IMG/VR virus record: IMGVR_UViG_2834631226_000004
Coordinates: 12,363 to 76,362 of that record
From: a virus
Taxonomy: Duplodnaviria; Caudoviricetes
DNA length: 64,000 bases
Direction: 5' to 3' (one strand)
Shown here: positions 17,186 to 26,582 of the stretch, in pieces
Layout of the letters: each line of letters starts with the position of its first letter
Position numbering within the stretch: the stretch's first letter is position 1
Made by a program: the position numbers and the translations under genes
Notes under the pieces: generated by a model
Database searches by the model: none
What the model was told of the DNA's origin: nothing
Seen by the model: only the letters and a program-made list of their open reading frames with translations

Positions 17186-19545
17186 TACCCCAACTTCACG
17201 TTTCGCTTCTGAGCCGACCGAACTGCCGCTTCAACACGGCTCTGCAGTTCGCCTTGCATTTTGGCCAACGCCTTTTCCTGTCTTGCGACGGCTTCAACAG
17301 ATGCGCCGCGATTGTCTACGACAGGATTGAAGTTGACGACGACACCCGCCGACTGCGCGGACATGGATCGCAAACTCGGCACACTCGGGACCGAAATCCC
17401 GACCGGGCCGCCGTTGGCGTAGCCTTTGCGGAGCGCTTCAACTGCCCCTACTCCACCGGCCCGCGCCACGTCAGCTTGCGACCACACGACTTCGCCTTTG
17501 TGAACGATGCCGGCAGGCTGATATTTGCCGCCCGGACCAGTAAAGCCGCCCTCGGAGAATAGGCCTCCCGAGATCGCCCCTGATTGAATGCCAGCCCACT
17601 GTGAGCCACCGCCGAACAAGCTCAGCAGTCCGCCCAGAAGCCCGCCACCGCCGCCACCAGCAGCGTTGTTGACCTTGAAGATGCTATTGAGCACATCGTC
17701 CAGAAGCGCATCTGCAATGCGGCTGAGCGCGCCAGCAAATGCATCCGCGGCACTCTCGCCATGGATTAAATCATCGATAAAGCCGCGCGTTGCGTCTCTC
17801 GCAACGTTGTTCCACTCATTCAGCTTCTGCTGTTCCTCTTGCGCTTTCCTAAGCGCCTCAGATTGCCGAGCATATGCAGCAGACTCCTGCTCGATTGCGG
17901 CAATCTTGTCGGGCGAAAGCGTGATGCTCTCGAGGTCTTTTTCGCCCTTCTTGCGCGCCTCTTCGCGAAGGTCTGCCAGCGCCTTTTGCTCCAGGTCTAG
18001 CGCTGTACGGCGCTTAACTTGAGCCTCGTTGGACAAGCCAATAAGGTTCATTTCCTGGCGCAACGCCTCAGTCCTATCTCGGACAGCCTGAAGGTCTTCC
18101 GCGAAGCGGTCAGATGCCGTCTTCTTTGGAGCCCTTGCTCGCTTCGGCGCACCGAAACCTCTGTTTTTGTCAGTGTCCAGATCTGACGGTCGGCGTTCTG
18201 GTGTGGGGCCGTTGTCCGGTAGGGGAAACTGCGTTCCTTGGATTGTGGCGTCAGCGCCAAATTGGGAATCCTGCTGGCCTGCTCCGCGCCACGTCCTCGG
18301 ATCATTGATCTTGGAGGTCGCAACAGAGGTGACCTCATTGACCTTTTGGACGCTATCCGCTGCAGTCAGCGCTGCCGCCGACAGTGTGGAGAAGTATTTG
18401 GCGAACTCAGCGAGTGCAGGAATACCAGTGCTGTTGATCGCCGCGCTTAGAGCGGCCTGCACTCGGTCGACATCTTCAGTCTGTGCCTTGCCTTCTTCGG
18501 CAGCCTTCGCGAAGTCATTGAATGCTGACTGGAGGTTCTTGATAACGTCAGCTTCTTCACCTGCAGACTGAAGTTGCGAAACCAGATCGGCAATGGTGGC
18601 GCGCGTACTTTCGACCTCTTGGCGGACGTCAGCGAGCGTATTGGTATTTACAATGTCGGCGCCCTTGGTGAGATCGGCATTGTCCTGCGCTCGTTTCAGT
18701 TGGTCGGCGTAGTCGCGCAAAGCGGGAACGGCATCGCCCCAGCGTTCGGCGACCGCAGCAATCAGCGCAGCCTGCTGTTTGAGCACTTCGGCGGACTTAT
18801 CGCCTTCGCTCATAATCGTCGAAAAGTACTGAAATGCCGCCGTGCCTGCGGCGATGACGCCAATCGTTACCAGCGACAACGGAGAGATCACCGACGCGAA
18901 AGCAGCCGCAAGACCTTGGCCGACACCCTGCCCGCTATCTTTTATCTGCTGCAGGACGGCCGAAAGCTGGGTGCCCTGCTGCAGGGCGATCTGGATGGGA
19001 GACATCCCCATCGCTGCGGTAACGCCGATGTCCTGGAACTGGGCGGCAATGTTTGCGGTATTGAAGCTGTTGCCGCTACTTGTAGTGACCGTAGCCTTTA
19101 GTGCGGCGTTGCGACCCTTAATGGCCGCGGTCGACGCAAGTGCCGCCTGTCGCTCTCTCTGAATCGCAGACGCCATCTCGTTGGCAGAAATTGCGCCGGC
19201 GGCATGGGCCTGCCGAATTTCGGCGACCACGTTCTTATAATTCGAAATTGTTGCGAACAACGGGCTGTATTTGGCGCGGAGGCGATCAAGCTCTTTCTGC
19301 TGATCAGCGAGAACCCCGTTCCATTCTTTTGCTGCCGTCGTACCGATGCCGACCATGCTGTTGATGCGATCCTGCATCGAGGTGGTGAGCGAGTTGTTGA
19401 TCGACTTGCCGGTAGCGGCAAAACGTTTCTCAATGCCGTTGGATGCCGCGCCTACGTCCGATACCAGCCGATTTAGCGCACGCTTTACGGTTGCAAGATC
19501 GGTGCTGATTGAGATAATCAGATCATCACTGTTGTTGCCGGCCAA
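17185..19545 (-). CDS. Tape measure protein
   Basis: Ala-rich helical; NIAAQFQDI..SPIQIALQQG; C-terminal GGFTGPGGKYQPAGIVHKGE. Confidence 0.92.
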   Translation of the reverse strand: MAGNNSDDLIISISTDLATVKRALNRLVSDVGAASNGIEKRFAATGKSINNSLTTSMQDRINSMVGIGTTAAKEWNGVLADQQKELDRLRAKYSPLFATISNYKNVVAEIRQAHAAGAISANEMASAIQRERQAALASTAAIKGRNAALKATVTTSSGNSFNTANIAAQFQDIGVTAAMGMSPIQIALQQGTQLSAVLQQIKDSGQGVGQGLAAAFASVISPLSLVTIGVIAAGTAAFQYFSTIMSEGDKSAEVLKQQAALIAAVAERWGDAVPALRDYADQLKRAQDNADLTKGADIVNTNTLADVRQEVESTRATIADLVSQLQSAGEEADVIKNLQSAFNDFAKAAEEGKAQTEDVDRVQAALSAAINSTGIPALAEFAKYFSTLSAAALTAADSVQKVNEVTSVATSKINDPRTWRGAGQQDSQFGADATIQGTQFPLPDNGPTPERRPSDLDTDKNRGFGAPKRARAPKKTASDRFAEDLQAVRDRTEALRQEMNLIGLSNEAQVKRRTALDLEQKALADLREEARKKGEKDLESITLSPDKIAAIEQESAAYARQSEALRKAQEEQQKLNEWNNVARDATRGFIDDLIHGESAADAFAGALSRIADALLDDVLNSIFKVNNAAGGGGGGLLGGLLSLFGGGSQWAGIQSGAISGGLFSEGGFTGPGGKYQPAGIVHKGEVVWSQADVARAGGVGAVEALRKGYANGGPVGISVPSVPSLRSMSAQSAGVVVNFNPVVDNRGASVEAVARQEKALAKMQGELQSRVEAAVRSAQKRNVKLG

Positions 19546-19592
19546 GTCGGTGTCCTAACGTGAAAAAGCCCGCCAATGGCGAGCCGAGAAGG

Positions 19593-20045
19593 ATGGATAT
19601 GCCCAAGTGCAAACGATGCGGGACAGACTATTATCTGGGCGGGAAGGACGGCCACTGCGTTGACTGTGAAGAAGCGGTCGCGAAAATCGACGGAGACGCC
19701 AAAAAGGAGTCGATCATCATGACGACTTCGATTGACGTGCCCAACCGTGAAGTAGATAGCGTCATATCGATCGTCGCGTCCGAAGCTGCTCTCGGCATGA
19801 ACATTTTCAAAGACGTGGCCAACAATTGGCGCGATTTCGTTGGTGGTCGGGCAAATTCATCTCAAGCCTCGCTCAAGGAGGCACGTCTCGCGTGTTTGGA
19901 TGGCCTCAGGTCAGAGGCCTACGCGGTAGGAGCTGACGCCGTGATATCCGTCGACCTAGATTACAACCAACTTGCTACGGGCGGCACCGGTGGCATCCTT
20001 TTCGTCGCCGCCACGGGTACAGCGGTCAAGCTGAAGCCAGCCTAA
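19593..20045 (+). CDS. YbjQ/UPF0145-like protein with N-terminal Zn finger, moron
   Basis: CKRC..CVDC; LKEARLACLDGL..GADAVISVDLDY. Confidence 0.75.
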   Translation: MDMPKCKRCGTDYYLGGKDGHCVDCEEAVAKIDGDAKKESIIMTTSIDVPNREVDSVISIVASEAALGMNIFKDVANNWRDFVGGRANSSQASLKEARLACLDGLRSEAYAVGADAVISVDLDYNQLATGGTGGILFVAATGTAVKLKPA

Positions 20046-20601
20046 CCACCGTACTTCTTGATCAATTCGTCCATCTCTTCGTCAGACGGCGGCGCCACGG
20101 ACTTTTTGGCTCCGTTCGCTTCGGCCTTGCCCTTCACCGCAAGGGTGAACTCGGTCAAGCTTGACGACCAGAATATTACTGGGGTCCAGCCGAGGCCGCC
20201 GAATGCGATCTTTTGCCAATCGCGCCAAGGGAAGGGTTCTTCTATGCCGCCTTTAGAGCGGCTTCCCCGTTTCCCTCGTCGTCCTCATCAAAATGATGAG
20301 ACAGCGCCTCGGAAATCGCCTTGGCAACGGCGCCGAAGTGCTTCAGCTTCAGCGCACCAATTGCCGCGACTTTGTCGCCGCGGACGGTAAGCAGGTCGAG
20401 TGCGGCCACAGTAGCGGCCGGCTCGACGCCTGAAAGGCGAAGAAACAGATCAGACATGCTCTTGCAGGAAAGGCGCGAAGACACAGCCGCAAGACCGCCC
20501 ATCTCGGCAACGATAACCAGCGGCACCTTGCCCACGAACAGGCCGACTTCGCCCCGCGCGCCATTCACTTCAAGCGGGAACGGCTTTTCAGCATCAGCCA
20601 A
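20042..20601 (-). CDS. Tail assembly chaperone gpGT (-1 frameshift product)
   Basis: -1 frame open from the slip site to TAG at 20042 (..PFPWRDWQKIAFGGLGWTP..). Confidence 0.75.
20242..20601 (-). CDS. Tail assembly chaperone gpG
   Basis: TTG start after GGAGG; lies between tail tube and TMP genes. Confidence 0.8.
   Translation of the reverse strand: MADAEKPFPLEVNGARGEVGLFVGKVPLVIVAEMGGLAAVSSRLSCKSMSDLFLRLSGVEPAATVAALDLLTVRGDKVAAIGALKLKHFGAVAKAISEALSHHFDEDDEGNGEAALKAA
20269..20275 (-). promoter_or_regulatory. -1 ribosomal slippery site G GGA AAC
   Basis: XXXYYYZ heptamer in the gpG frame near its 3' end. Confidence 0.8.
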
Positions 20602-20602
20602 A

Positions 20603-21034
20603 TTACACCTCCGCAACGAACGTCAGAACGCCGGCAGCAACGAACGTGGCCGTGAATTCCATGTTGCCCTCCATCTCGCCGCTGAACTCGAATTCAGAAA
20701 CGAACCAAGGGCCGGTGTAAGTACCCAGGCCAGGAACGATCACCTTGGCATTGAATTTGGTCGCGTCGTTGACGTGCGTCATGAACGCGGTGTTCGAAGC
20801 GCTCTTAATGAACTTGCCGGAACCAGAGAACGTGCGATTCTTGATGCCCGGCTCTGCTGTTTTCTGCGGCGTATTCTCTGGATTAACGCAGTCCGTGATG
20901 GTCGTGTCGACCTCATTGGCGGACATATTGAAACTGCGGGTCGTGAGACCGCACAGGTTCGAAAAGACTTCAGGAGTTTCGCCGTCACCGATCTGGATGA
21001 GCAGCGTACGACCAATCTGTTGACCGTCGGCCAT
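20603..21034 (-). CDS. Major tail tube protein
   Basis: 143 aa, GTA/TP901-type tube sequence. Confidence 0.85.
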   Translation of the reverse strand: MADGQQIGRTLLIQIGDGETPEVFSNLCGLTTRSFNMSANEVDTTITDCVNPENTPQKTAEPGIKNRTFSGSGKFIKSASNTAFMTHVNDATKFNAKVIVPGLGTYTGPWFVSEFEFSGEMEGNMEFTATFVAAGVLTFVAEV

Positions 21035-21068
21035 TTGTAAACCTCAAAAAGTAGGAGTTGATGGCCAA

Positions 21069-21479
21069 TCAGGCCGGTGTCTCGACACGCGCGACAAACT
21101 CGGCGACACCGTGGGTCGTGACTTCGTCCGGGTCTTTGAAATGACGGGTGTCTTGCCGCGTGATCGATATCAATCGATGTGAGGGCAGCACTAATGGCGC
21201 TTCATCAAGAGCCTCGACGACCTCGTGAATGATTTCCTTTAGCTCCTTGAAGCCTCCGGAGTATTGCGACCAAACGTGGATCGTCACGTAGATGAGGTTC
21301 GACTTTAAACAGTCGACGTCATCCCTGATGACTTGGCTTTCGCCGTATTCGACGTATGGGAACGGTGCGTTGGTCGGCGGTCTATCATAAATTCTTTGCG
21401 CCACCTTCGCCGTCAGACCTGCTCGCGCCTTTAGCCTCGCAACGATGGCACCTTGGAGTTCTAGATCTAGGTTAGCCAT
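21069..21479 (-). CDS. Tail terminator (DUF3168)
   Basis: IYDRPP..FPYV..G..; position. Confidence 0.8.
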   Translation of the reverse strand: MANLDLELQGAIVARLKARAGLTAKVAQRIYDRPPTNAPFPYVEYGESQVIRDDVDCLKSNLIYVTIHVWSQYSGGFKELKEIIHEVVEALDEAPLVLPSHRLISITRQDTRHFKDPDEVTTHGVAEFVARVETPA

Positions 21480-21973
21480 TACTTTTTCATGGCCTCCCTT
21501 ACGCCACGCCAGACGGCGTCGTTGATGCGCTTCTTCGCTTTTGCCCTAAATGCTCGCCACGTCGGGAAAATATGCGGTTGCGCCCGCGTGCCAGGGTGCA
21601 TCTTTGCGCCGGCCGCCTGCTTCTTGCCTGCAACCGTACCGCCACCCTTCGCAACGTTATGCGGCCGTGTGCCGAACTCCAAAAAATGCCAAATCCACGC
21701 AGCGAAAACGCCAGTCGCATCCGGATCCTTGCTGGTCGATGCACCGACAAGCGCTTTCGCAGTCGGTCTGTCAGAAATCTTGCCGCCCTGTATCGAGGCG
21801 GCGTAATCACCAGCCGTTGCGCTGTTACTTATCGGCGCCCGGTCGGAGATTTTATCGGCGGCCTCGGTAGCGATCTGTAGCTTCGCTTCTGCGGCGTATT
21901 TGTTGGCGAGCGGAGCGACCTGATTGAGCTTTTTCGTTAGCGCCTCGCGGCCCAGAACCTTTGCTTTAATCAC
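21479..21973 (-). CDS. HK97 gp10-like tail component
   Basis: WHFLEFGT..AQPHIFP. Confidence 0.85.
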   Translation of the reverse strand: MIKAKVLGREALTKKLNQVAPLANKYAAEAKLQIATEAADKISDRAPISNSATAGDYAASIQGGKISDRPTAKALVGASTSKDPDATGVFAAWIWHFLEFGTRPHNVAKGGGTVAGKKQAAGAKMHPGTRAQPHIFPTWRAFRAKAKKRINDAVWRGVREAMKK

Positions 21974-22326
21974 GAAGCCTCCCCCTGCACCACAAGCAGC
22001 TCGATCCACTGGTTGCGCTCGTCGATGTTGACCGCAGCCTTGATCGCGTAAACCACGCCAGATCGCTTATTCCGCGCCCGCCATGCTGGCGTGATTGTGC
22101 GCGTGCGTTCGTTGCTGCGTACAGTCATGGTGAAGGGCTGCAAGCCTTGCAGGCGGTTGGCTATGACCGTTTCAGATCCTGCGCGCGGTTCAAGGCGGGC
22201 TGGCTCCACGAATTGCTCAGCGAAGCCGACCACCACACCGCCATACCCATCGTCACCCTCGACCTCGGCCTCAAAGGCGATGCGCTCACTCAGCGAGCCT
22301 GCGCCCACCCTCTTGCGTTTTGGCAT
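21970..22326 (-). CDS. Head closure (head-tail adaptor) protein
   Basis: LSERIAF..DDGYGG; position. Confidence 0.8.
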   Translation of the reverse strand: MPKRKRVGAGSLSERIAFEAEVEGDDGYGGVVVGFAEQFVEPARLEPRAGSETVIANRLQGLQPFTMTVRSNERTRTITPAWRARNKRSGVVYAIKAAVNIDERNQWIELLVVQGEAS

Positions 22327-22471
22327 TCGGTCGATCCTTGGTGGGTTCAGCAGCCTTAGCCGCTATTGCAGCCGCAGCGCACTTGCGCGTGACGTTGTAG
22401 AGGCCGACCGGATACGCGACGGTGAAGCCTGGCTGACGCCAATCGAACGGTTCATGGAAGCGGAGCCACAT
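22286..22471 (-). CDS. Small hypothetical virion-module protein
   Basis: ORF overlapping both neighbours. Confidence 0.55.
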   Translation of the reverse strand: MWLRFHEPFDWRQPGFTVAYPVGLYNVTRKCAAAAIAAKAAEPTKDRPNAKTQEGGRRLAE

Positions 22472-22799
22472 AGTCGTCCGCCACTGTTCGCCAGACACGC
22501 CACGGTGCCAGAAGCATCCGCACTGCGCGCGGAAGGACCGCGTCGCCAGTTGCCTTCGGGTCGGGCTCGCGCACCTCGTAAAGATCGCCGGTCACAAGAA
22601 GTATCGCCGACACGATCGCGGGCGTTGCTGCAATGCCGTCGACAGCAGAAGGCGTTTCACCGACGGCTACAACTTCGCGATCTAGATGCTGCGTAACGAT
22701 GCTTTCTGCAGCATCACGGTAAAGGCCGATCTCCACATCTTCATCTTCATGAAAGACACGGAGATGCTTTTTGACGGTTTCGAGATCGACGATTGCCAT
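22452..22799 (-). CDS. Head-tail connector (HK97 gp6-like)
   Basis: VKKHLRV..D..AILLVTGDLYEVRE. Confidence 0.88.
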   Translation of the reverse strand: MAIVDLETVKKHLRVFHEDEDVEIGLYRDAAESIVTQHLDREVVAVGETPSAVDGIAATPAIVSAILLVTGDLYEVREPDPKATGDAVLPRAVRMLLAPWRVWRTVADDYVAPLP

Positions 22800-22800
22800 A

Positions 22801-23142
22801 TCAAGCCGCCACTACTGCGGACGTCGGCGCGCTTGTGACGGGCACACTGCCCTTGTCATTCGCGGCCGTGACGCGGACCGTGATGGCCTTTCCAACGTCG
22901 CCGGTGGCCGGCACATAGGTAGCCGCAGTGGCGCCAGAAATCGCGACGCCAGCAGCGAACCACTGCCGCGCGTAAGTCGGCGAGCCGGACCATGTGCCGG
23001 TTGTCGACGTCAGCGTCTGGCCAACCTGCGCAGTGCCCGTGATGGCAGGTGCAACAGAATTCACCGGGGAGCCGATACCGTTGACGATACCGGCGCCGAT
23101 ATAGGACGCGACCCTGCGCTTACGAACCTTCGTTGACAGCAT
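22801..23142 (-). CDS. Ig-like beta-rich virion accessory protein
   Basis: APAITGTAQVGQTLT..TGTWSG..YARQW. Confidence 0.65.
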   Translation of the reverse strand: MLSTKVRKRRVASYIGAGIVNGIGSPVNSVAPAITGTAQVGQTLTSTTGTWSGSPTYARQWFAAGVAISGATAATYVPATGDVGKAITVRVTAANDKGSVPVTSAPTSAVVAA

Positions 23143-23392
23143 CGGGTTTGTCCTTCTTCTTCGTCGAGCGAGCAGAGGAGATCACCGGCTTGTCACCGGC
23201 TTCATCCGCGTCGTCGTATTCAGCAGAGGTTTCAGCCTTTGCCTCGCCGATGATGTCGACCAGACCCTGCGCCTCAAGCTGCTTCGCCTCGCCTGCCTCG
23301 ACTTTGAACGGATCGCTCTTTTTGGTCTTCAGGTCTTTGCCGACGGCGAACGTGCGCTTCGCCTTTACTTCCAGAAAATCGGTCATGTTCAC
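23120..23392 (-). CDS. Small head-module hypothetical protein
   Basis: ORF with RBS. Confidence 0.6.
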   Translation of the reverse strand: MNMTDFLEVKAKRTFAVGKDLKTKKSDPFKVEAGEAKQLEAQGLVDIIGEAKAETSAEYDDADEAGDKPVISSARSTKKKDKPDAVNEGS

Positions 23393-23420
23393 TCCCTAAG
23401 AAAAAGGCCCCTTAAGGGGC

Positions 23421-24131
23421 CTAGATCAGGTAAATTTGTTTCGCTTGCTTTCGGACATTGTCTGACGCCCAAAGTGGCCGCAGATTGGTCAGCGCCCAAG
23501 CCGCCTTAAAGCCTTTGCAATCGGCTGTACTGAATTCGAAACTCGACTTAGGCACGATATGATCGATGTGCCACTCACTGCGATTTTCCCAAGACATGCC
23601 GGGGAGAAACTGCCGCTCAAGATGCCGTACAAGATCCTCGAGCGAGTAGTCGACAAGGTCACGCCAGCTTTTGCCAGACTTTCCTGCTGCCAAACCTCGC
23701 GAAATCATCGTGCTCATATGCCGAGATACAGCGATTTCTGGTCGCCTACGTTGGTCTCTGTACCAAGCGTTGAACTTTTCCTTGCGGTGCGGATCGCCGC
23801 TTCGGGATTTCGATCTTTCCCGAGCCCTGGCTCTGTCTGCATCTGGCCTGCATGGCTCGCAATAAAGCGCTCGGCTTTTCGATGTAGCTACGAAATACGA
23901 GCCGCAAAGCTGGCAACAAAAGGTCTCCCCTTTTACCTTGGGGACGCCATTTTTGCGCCGTCTGCGTTCCGATGCCTCTACATCTTTTGCACGCTTTCGA
24001 GAGGCTTTGCAGGCCTCGCAGTATTGTGCGTGCAGCGTTTTACCAAAAACAGCAGAACTGCAACCTGGGCATGACTTAGTGCGCAAACTTTGAGCGGTGC
24101 CATTACCGGAGGTACCGTTAGGCACAAGCAT
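23421..24131 (-). CDS. Free-standing HNH endonuclease with Zn fingers
   Basis: WHIDHIVP..NLRPLWASDN; several CxxC. Confidence 0.8.
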   Translation of the reverse strand: MLVPNGTSGNGTAQSLRTKSCPGCSSAVFGKTLHAQYCEACKASRKRAKDVEASERRRRKNGVPKVKGETFCCQLCGSYFVATSKSRALYCEPCRPDADRARARERSKSRSGDPHRKEKFNAWYRDQRRRPEIAVSRHMSTMISRGLAAGKSGKSWRDLVDYSLEDLVRHLERQFLPGMSWENRSEWHIDHIVPKSSFEFSTADCKGFKAAWALTNLRPLWASDNVRKQAKQIYLI

Positions 24132-24233
24132 CTTTGAACCCTTACGTTCTCAGGTGTTTGCGTAACGGTGAGACTGCAATCCCGCCGTTACGCTCCTCTA
24201 AGGAGATAAGAGTTTCAGCTGTTTTTATCCAGC

Positions 24234-25442
24234 TTACGCGCCTTCAACATCGCCAGTAACAAACGCCTCAGGACGATAGACGGCGAACGCCAATCGTTCT
24301 TCAGCGCGGATCGACACGAGGTTGTTCTCGAAGTCTTTGTCGTTCTCGGTCGACAGCAGAACCTCGATATCCATGCGGTCGAAGATCTGAGCCGCGAAGC
24401 TGAACGCGCCGGTAAGGAATTCACCTGCGGCCATGGCCTGCGTCGAAACGACCGGCAGGTTCCAGAGCGTCGGAGTAAGCGAGCCCTGCGGATTGCCGAT
24501 GATGTAGTTGCCGCCGGCATCCTTGGTCAGCTCGATCTTCGCCCAGTCGATCGGGTTCAGGACGAACGCGGTTGCCGGATACTCGGCGAGAACGACCTGC
24601 AGAACAGCCAGACGGAGACGGTCGATGCCCGTTTCGTCAGCGGCAGCAAACGCCGGATTGAATGCAGTCGCCTGCGGGACGAGACCGTGAATGTTCTGGC
24701 CGGTGCCAGAGCCGTTCAGCAGCTGGTTTTCCTCGACAAAACGGAGACCGTAGCGCGCACGACCGTCGATCATCGAGCGAAGACCGGGTGCGTCGTCCAT
24801 GATCTGGCGAGAAGCCTTGAAGAGGTGAGCGATCGTGCGGACAGGTGCCGACGCGAGATCGTAAGTCAGATCAGAATAAGGCTTCGCGGCACCTTCTGCG
24901 ACAGGCGCTGCGTTATTGGTGAAGCCGGTTTCCTTGACATACTCCACGTTGCCGGAAGAGGTCTGACCAGGAAGCACGAGATCACGGATCGTCAGCTGAC
25001 GATCGGGAAGCGCAATGATGCCAGGCCTGCGGTCACCTGGGACAAGCGAAGTGCCAGGGGAGCGGCCTGCGCCGACGGTCGTATTTGCCGTGGTGATCGC
25101 GGCTCGATCGGCCTTCACACGGATAGAACCGCGGGCGCCGCCCTGCAGGTCACCATTGGTAAATCCGACCGATTCAACGACCAGCTCACCGAGCGACTTA
25201 TGCTCATTTTCGCCGCTTTCGGTTTCTCGAGCGGCACGCTTTTCAAGGTCGCCAAGGCGGGTCGTAACGTCGCCTAGCTCAGACAGCGCCTTGTCGGTCT
25301 TTTCCTTCAGCTCCGCCGAAACTTCGCCGTTGGCGGCAAGCTTCGTGGTAAAGTCGGTTGCGAGATTGCCCACCTGCTCCTTGATGGACGCAAGCGAAGT
25401 ACCGAGCTCGCCGATCTTATCGGCAAGTTGATTATCAGCCAT
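24234..25442 (-). CDS. Major capsid protein (HK97 fold)
   Basis: Delta-like N-terminus; VEENQLLNGSG; RAEERLAFAVYRPEAFV. Confidence 0.95.
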   Translation of the reverse strand: MADNQLADKIGELGTSLASIKEQVGNLATDFTTKLAANGEVSAELKEKTDKALSELGDVTTRLGDLEKRAARETESGENEHKSLGELVVESVGFTNGDLQGGARGSIRVKADRAAITTANTTVGAGRSPGTSLVPGDRRPGIIALPDRQLTIRDLVLPGQTSSGNVEYVKETGFTNNAAPVAEGAAKPYSDLTYDLASAPVRTIAHLFKASRQIMDDAPGLRSMIDGRARYGLRFVEENQLLNGSGTGQNIHGLVPQATAFNPAFAAADETGIDRLRLAVLQVVLAEYPATAFVLNPIDWAKIELTKDAGGNYIIGNPQGSLTPTLWNLPVVSTQAMAAGEFLTGAFSFAAQIFDRMDIEVLLSTENDKDFENNLVSIRAEERLAFAVYRPEAFVTGDVEGA

Positions 25443-25454
25443 GAGTGGCTCCTT

Positions 25455-26573
25455 TTATCGAATGAGTGGTGATTTTGCTTCGGCGATAAGCCGTTCAATG
25501 GCTGCCAAAGCAGCAGCATCCGCATCGATGTCAGGAGCCCCCTGACCATCCTTGAGGTAGAGCCGAGCGGCCCGCTCTGCCTCAGAGCCCGACAACCCCA
25601 TCAGTCCCCTGATGCCGTTTTCAAACTCGCGTTTTGTGATTTGCTCGCCAGCCGTCATCTTCGCGACCAGCGTTTGTGCGGCTTCAGCCTTTGCGGCGTT
25701 CGCAGCCTTGATACGCCTCACCGGAGCAGGCTCGACGTCGGCGCCGTAGCGGGCCAAAGTCTCGTCAAGCGTCGCAATCCGGTCGACCATGCCGCGGTCC
25801 ATTAGCGCTTCTGCGTAGAAAACGCGCCCCTGACCATAGCCATCCTCAACCTTGCTGACAGTCACGCCGCGCCCTTCAGCGACGGCTGCGACAAAGCGAT
25901 TGTACGAGCGGTTCACGCCGTCCTGCACATGTGCGAGGGCATCCTTGCCAAGCGGCTCGGTTTCGTTACCTTCGACCTTGTGCTTACCAGCAGAGATGTA
26001 GGTGCGCTTGATGCCGCGCTGCTCAAGAGCTGCGGATAGGTCATCGTGTGCAGTGTAGACGCCTATCGAACCAGCGCGGCCGGAAGGCGTGACGACGATT
26101 TCGTCCGTCGACGCCGCGATCCAGTAAGCCGCACTTGCAGCCAGGCTGTTGACCTGAGCAATGATCGGCTTCTCGCCGCCACGTAGCTTGCGGATCTCGG
26201 TGGCTAGTTCGTCGGTGCCTGGAACCGTGCCGCCAGGGCTGTCGATGTCGAGCACGACAGCCTTGATGTCGGCGTTAGATAGCGCCTTGTGCAGCGCTTT
26301 CTTGATGCCGGCATAGGAAGTGCCGCCGCTCATCGCGGAAAACAGGTCCATCTTGTCAGCCAAGACCCCGTAAACCGGGATAATGGCCACGCTGCCGGTC
26401 GATTCCGCGATTTCCTTCGCTCGGGCCTCGTCGATTGAGGCGGCGAACTCGGACGAAAACAGCTTCTCACCTTCGGCCCGCGCCACCAAAACATCAGCCA
26501 AAACGCCCAGTTTTTCGCGCTGAATAGCCCAAGGCTCGGCCAAAAAGACCGAAATCAGGTGTTCAAACTTCAT
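25455..26573 (-). CDS. S49 (SppA-like) prohead protease
   Basis: LDIDSPGG, AASAAYWIA, GSIGV. Confidence 0.9.
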   Translation of the reverse strand: MKFEHLISVFLAEPWAIQREKLGVLADVLVARAEGEKLFSSEFAASIDEARAKEIAESTGSVAIIPVYGVLADKMDLFSAMSGGTSYAGIKKALHKALSNADIKAVVLDIDSPGGTVPGTDELATEIRKLRGGEKPIIAQVNSLAASAAYWIAASTDEIVVTPSGRAGSIGVYTAHDDLSAALEQRGIKRTYISAGKHKVEGNETEPLGKDALAHVQDGVNRSYNRFVAAVAEGRGVTVSKVEDGYGQGRVFYAEALMDRGMVDRIATLDETLARYGADVEPAPVRRIKAANAAKAEAAQTLVAKMTAGEQITKREFENGIRGLMGLSGSEAERAARLYLKDGQGAPDIDADAAALAAIERLIAEAKSPLIR

Positions 26574-26582
26574 GATTTTCCC

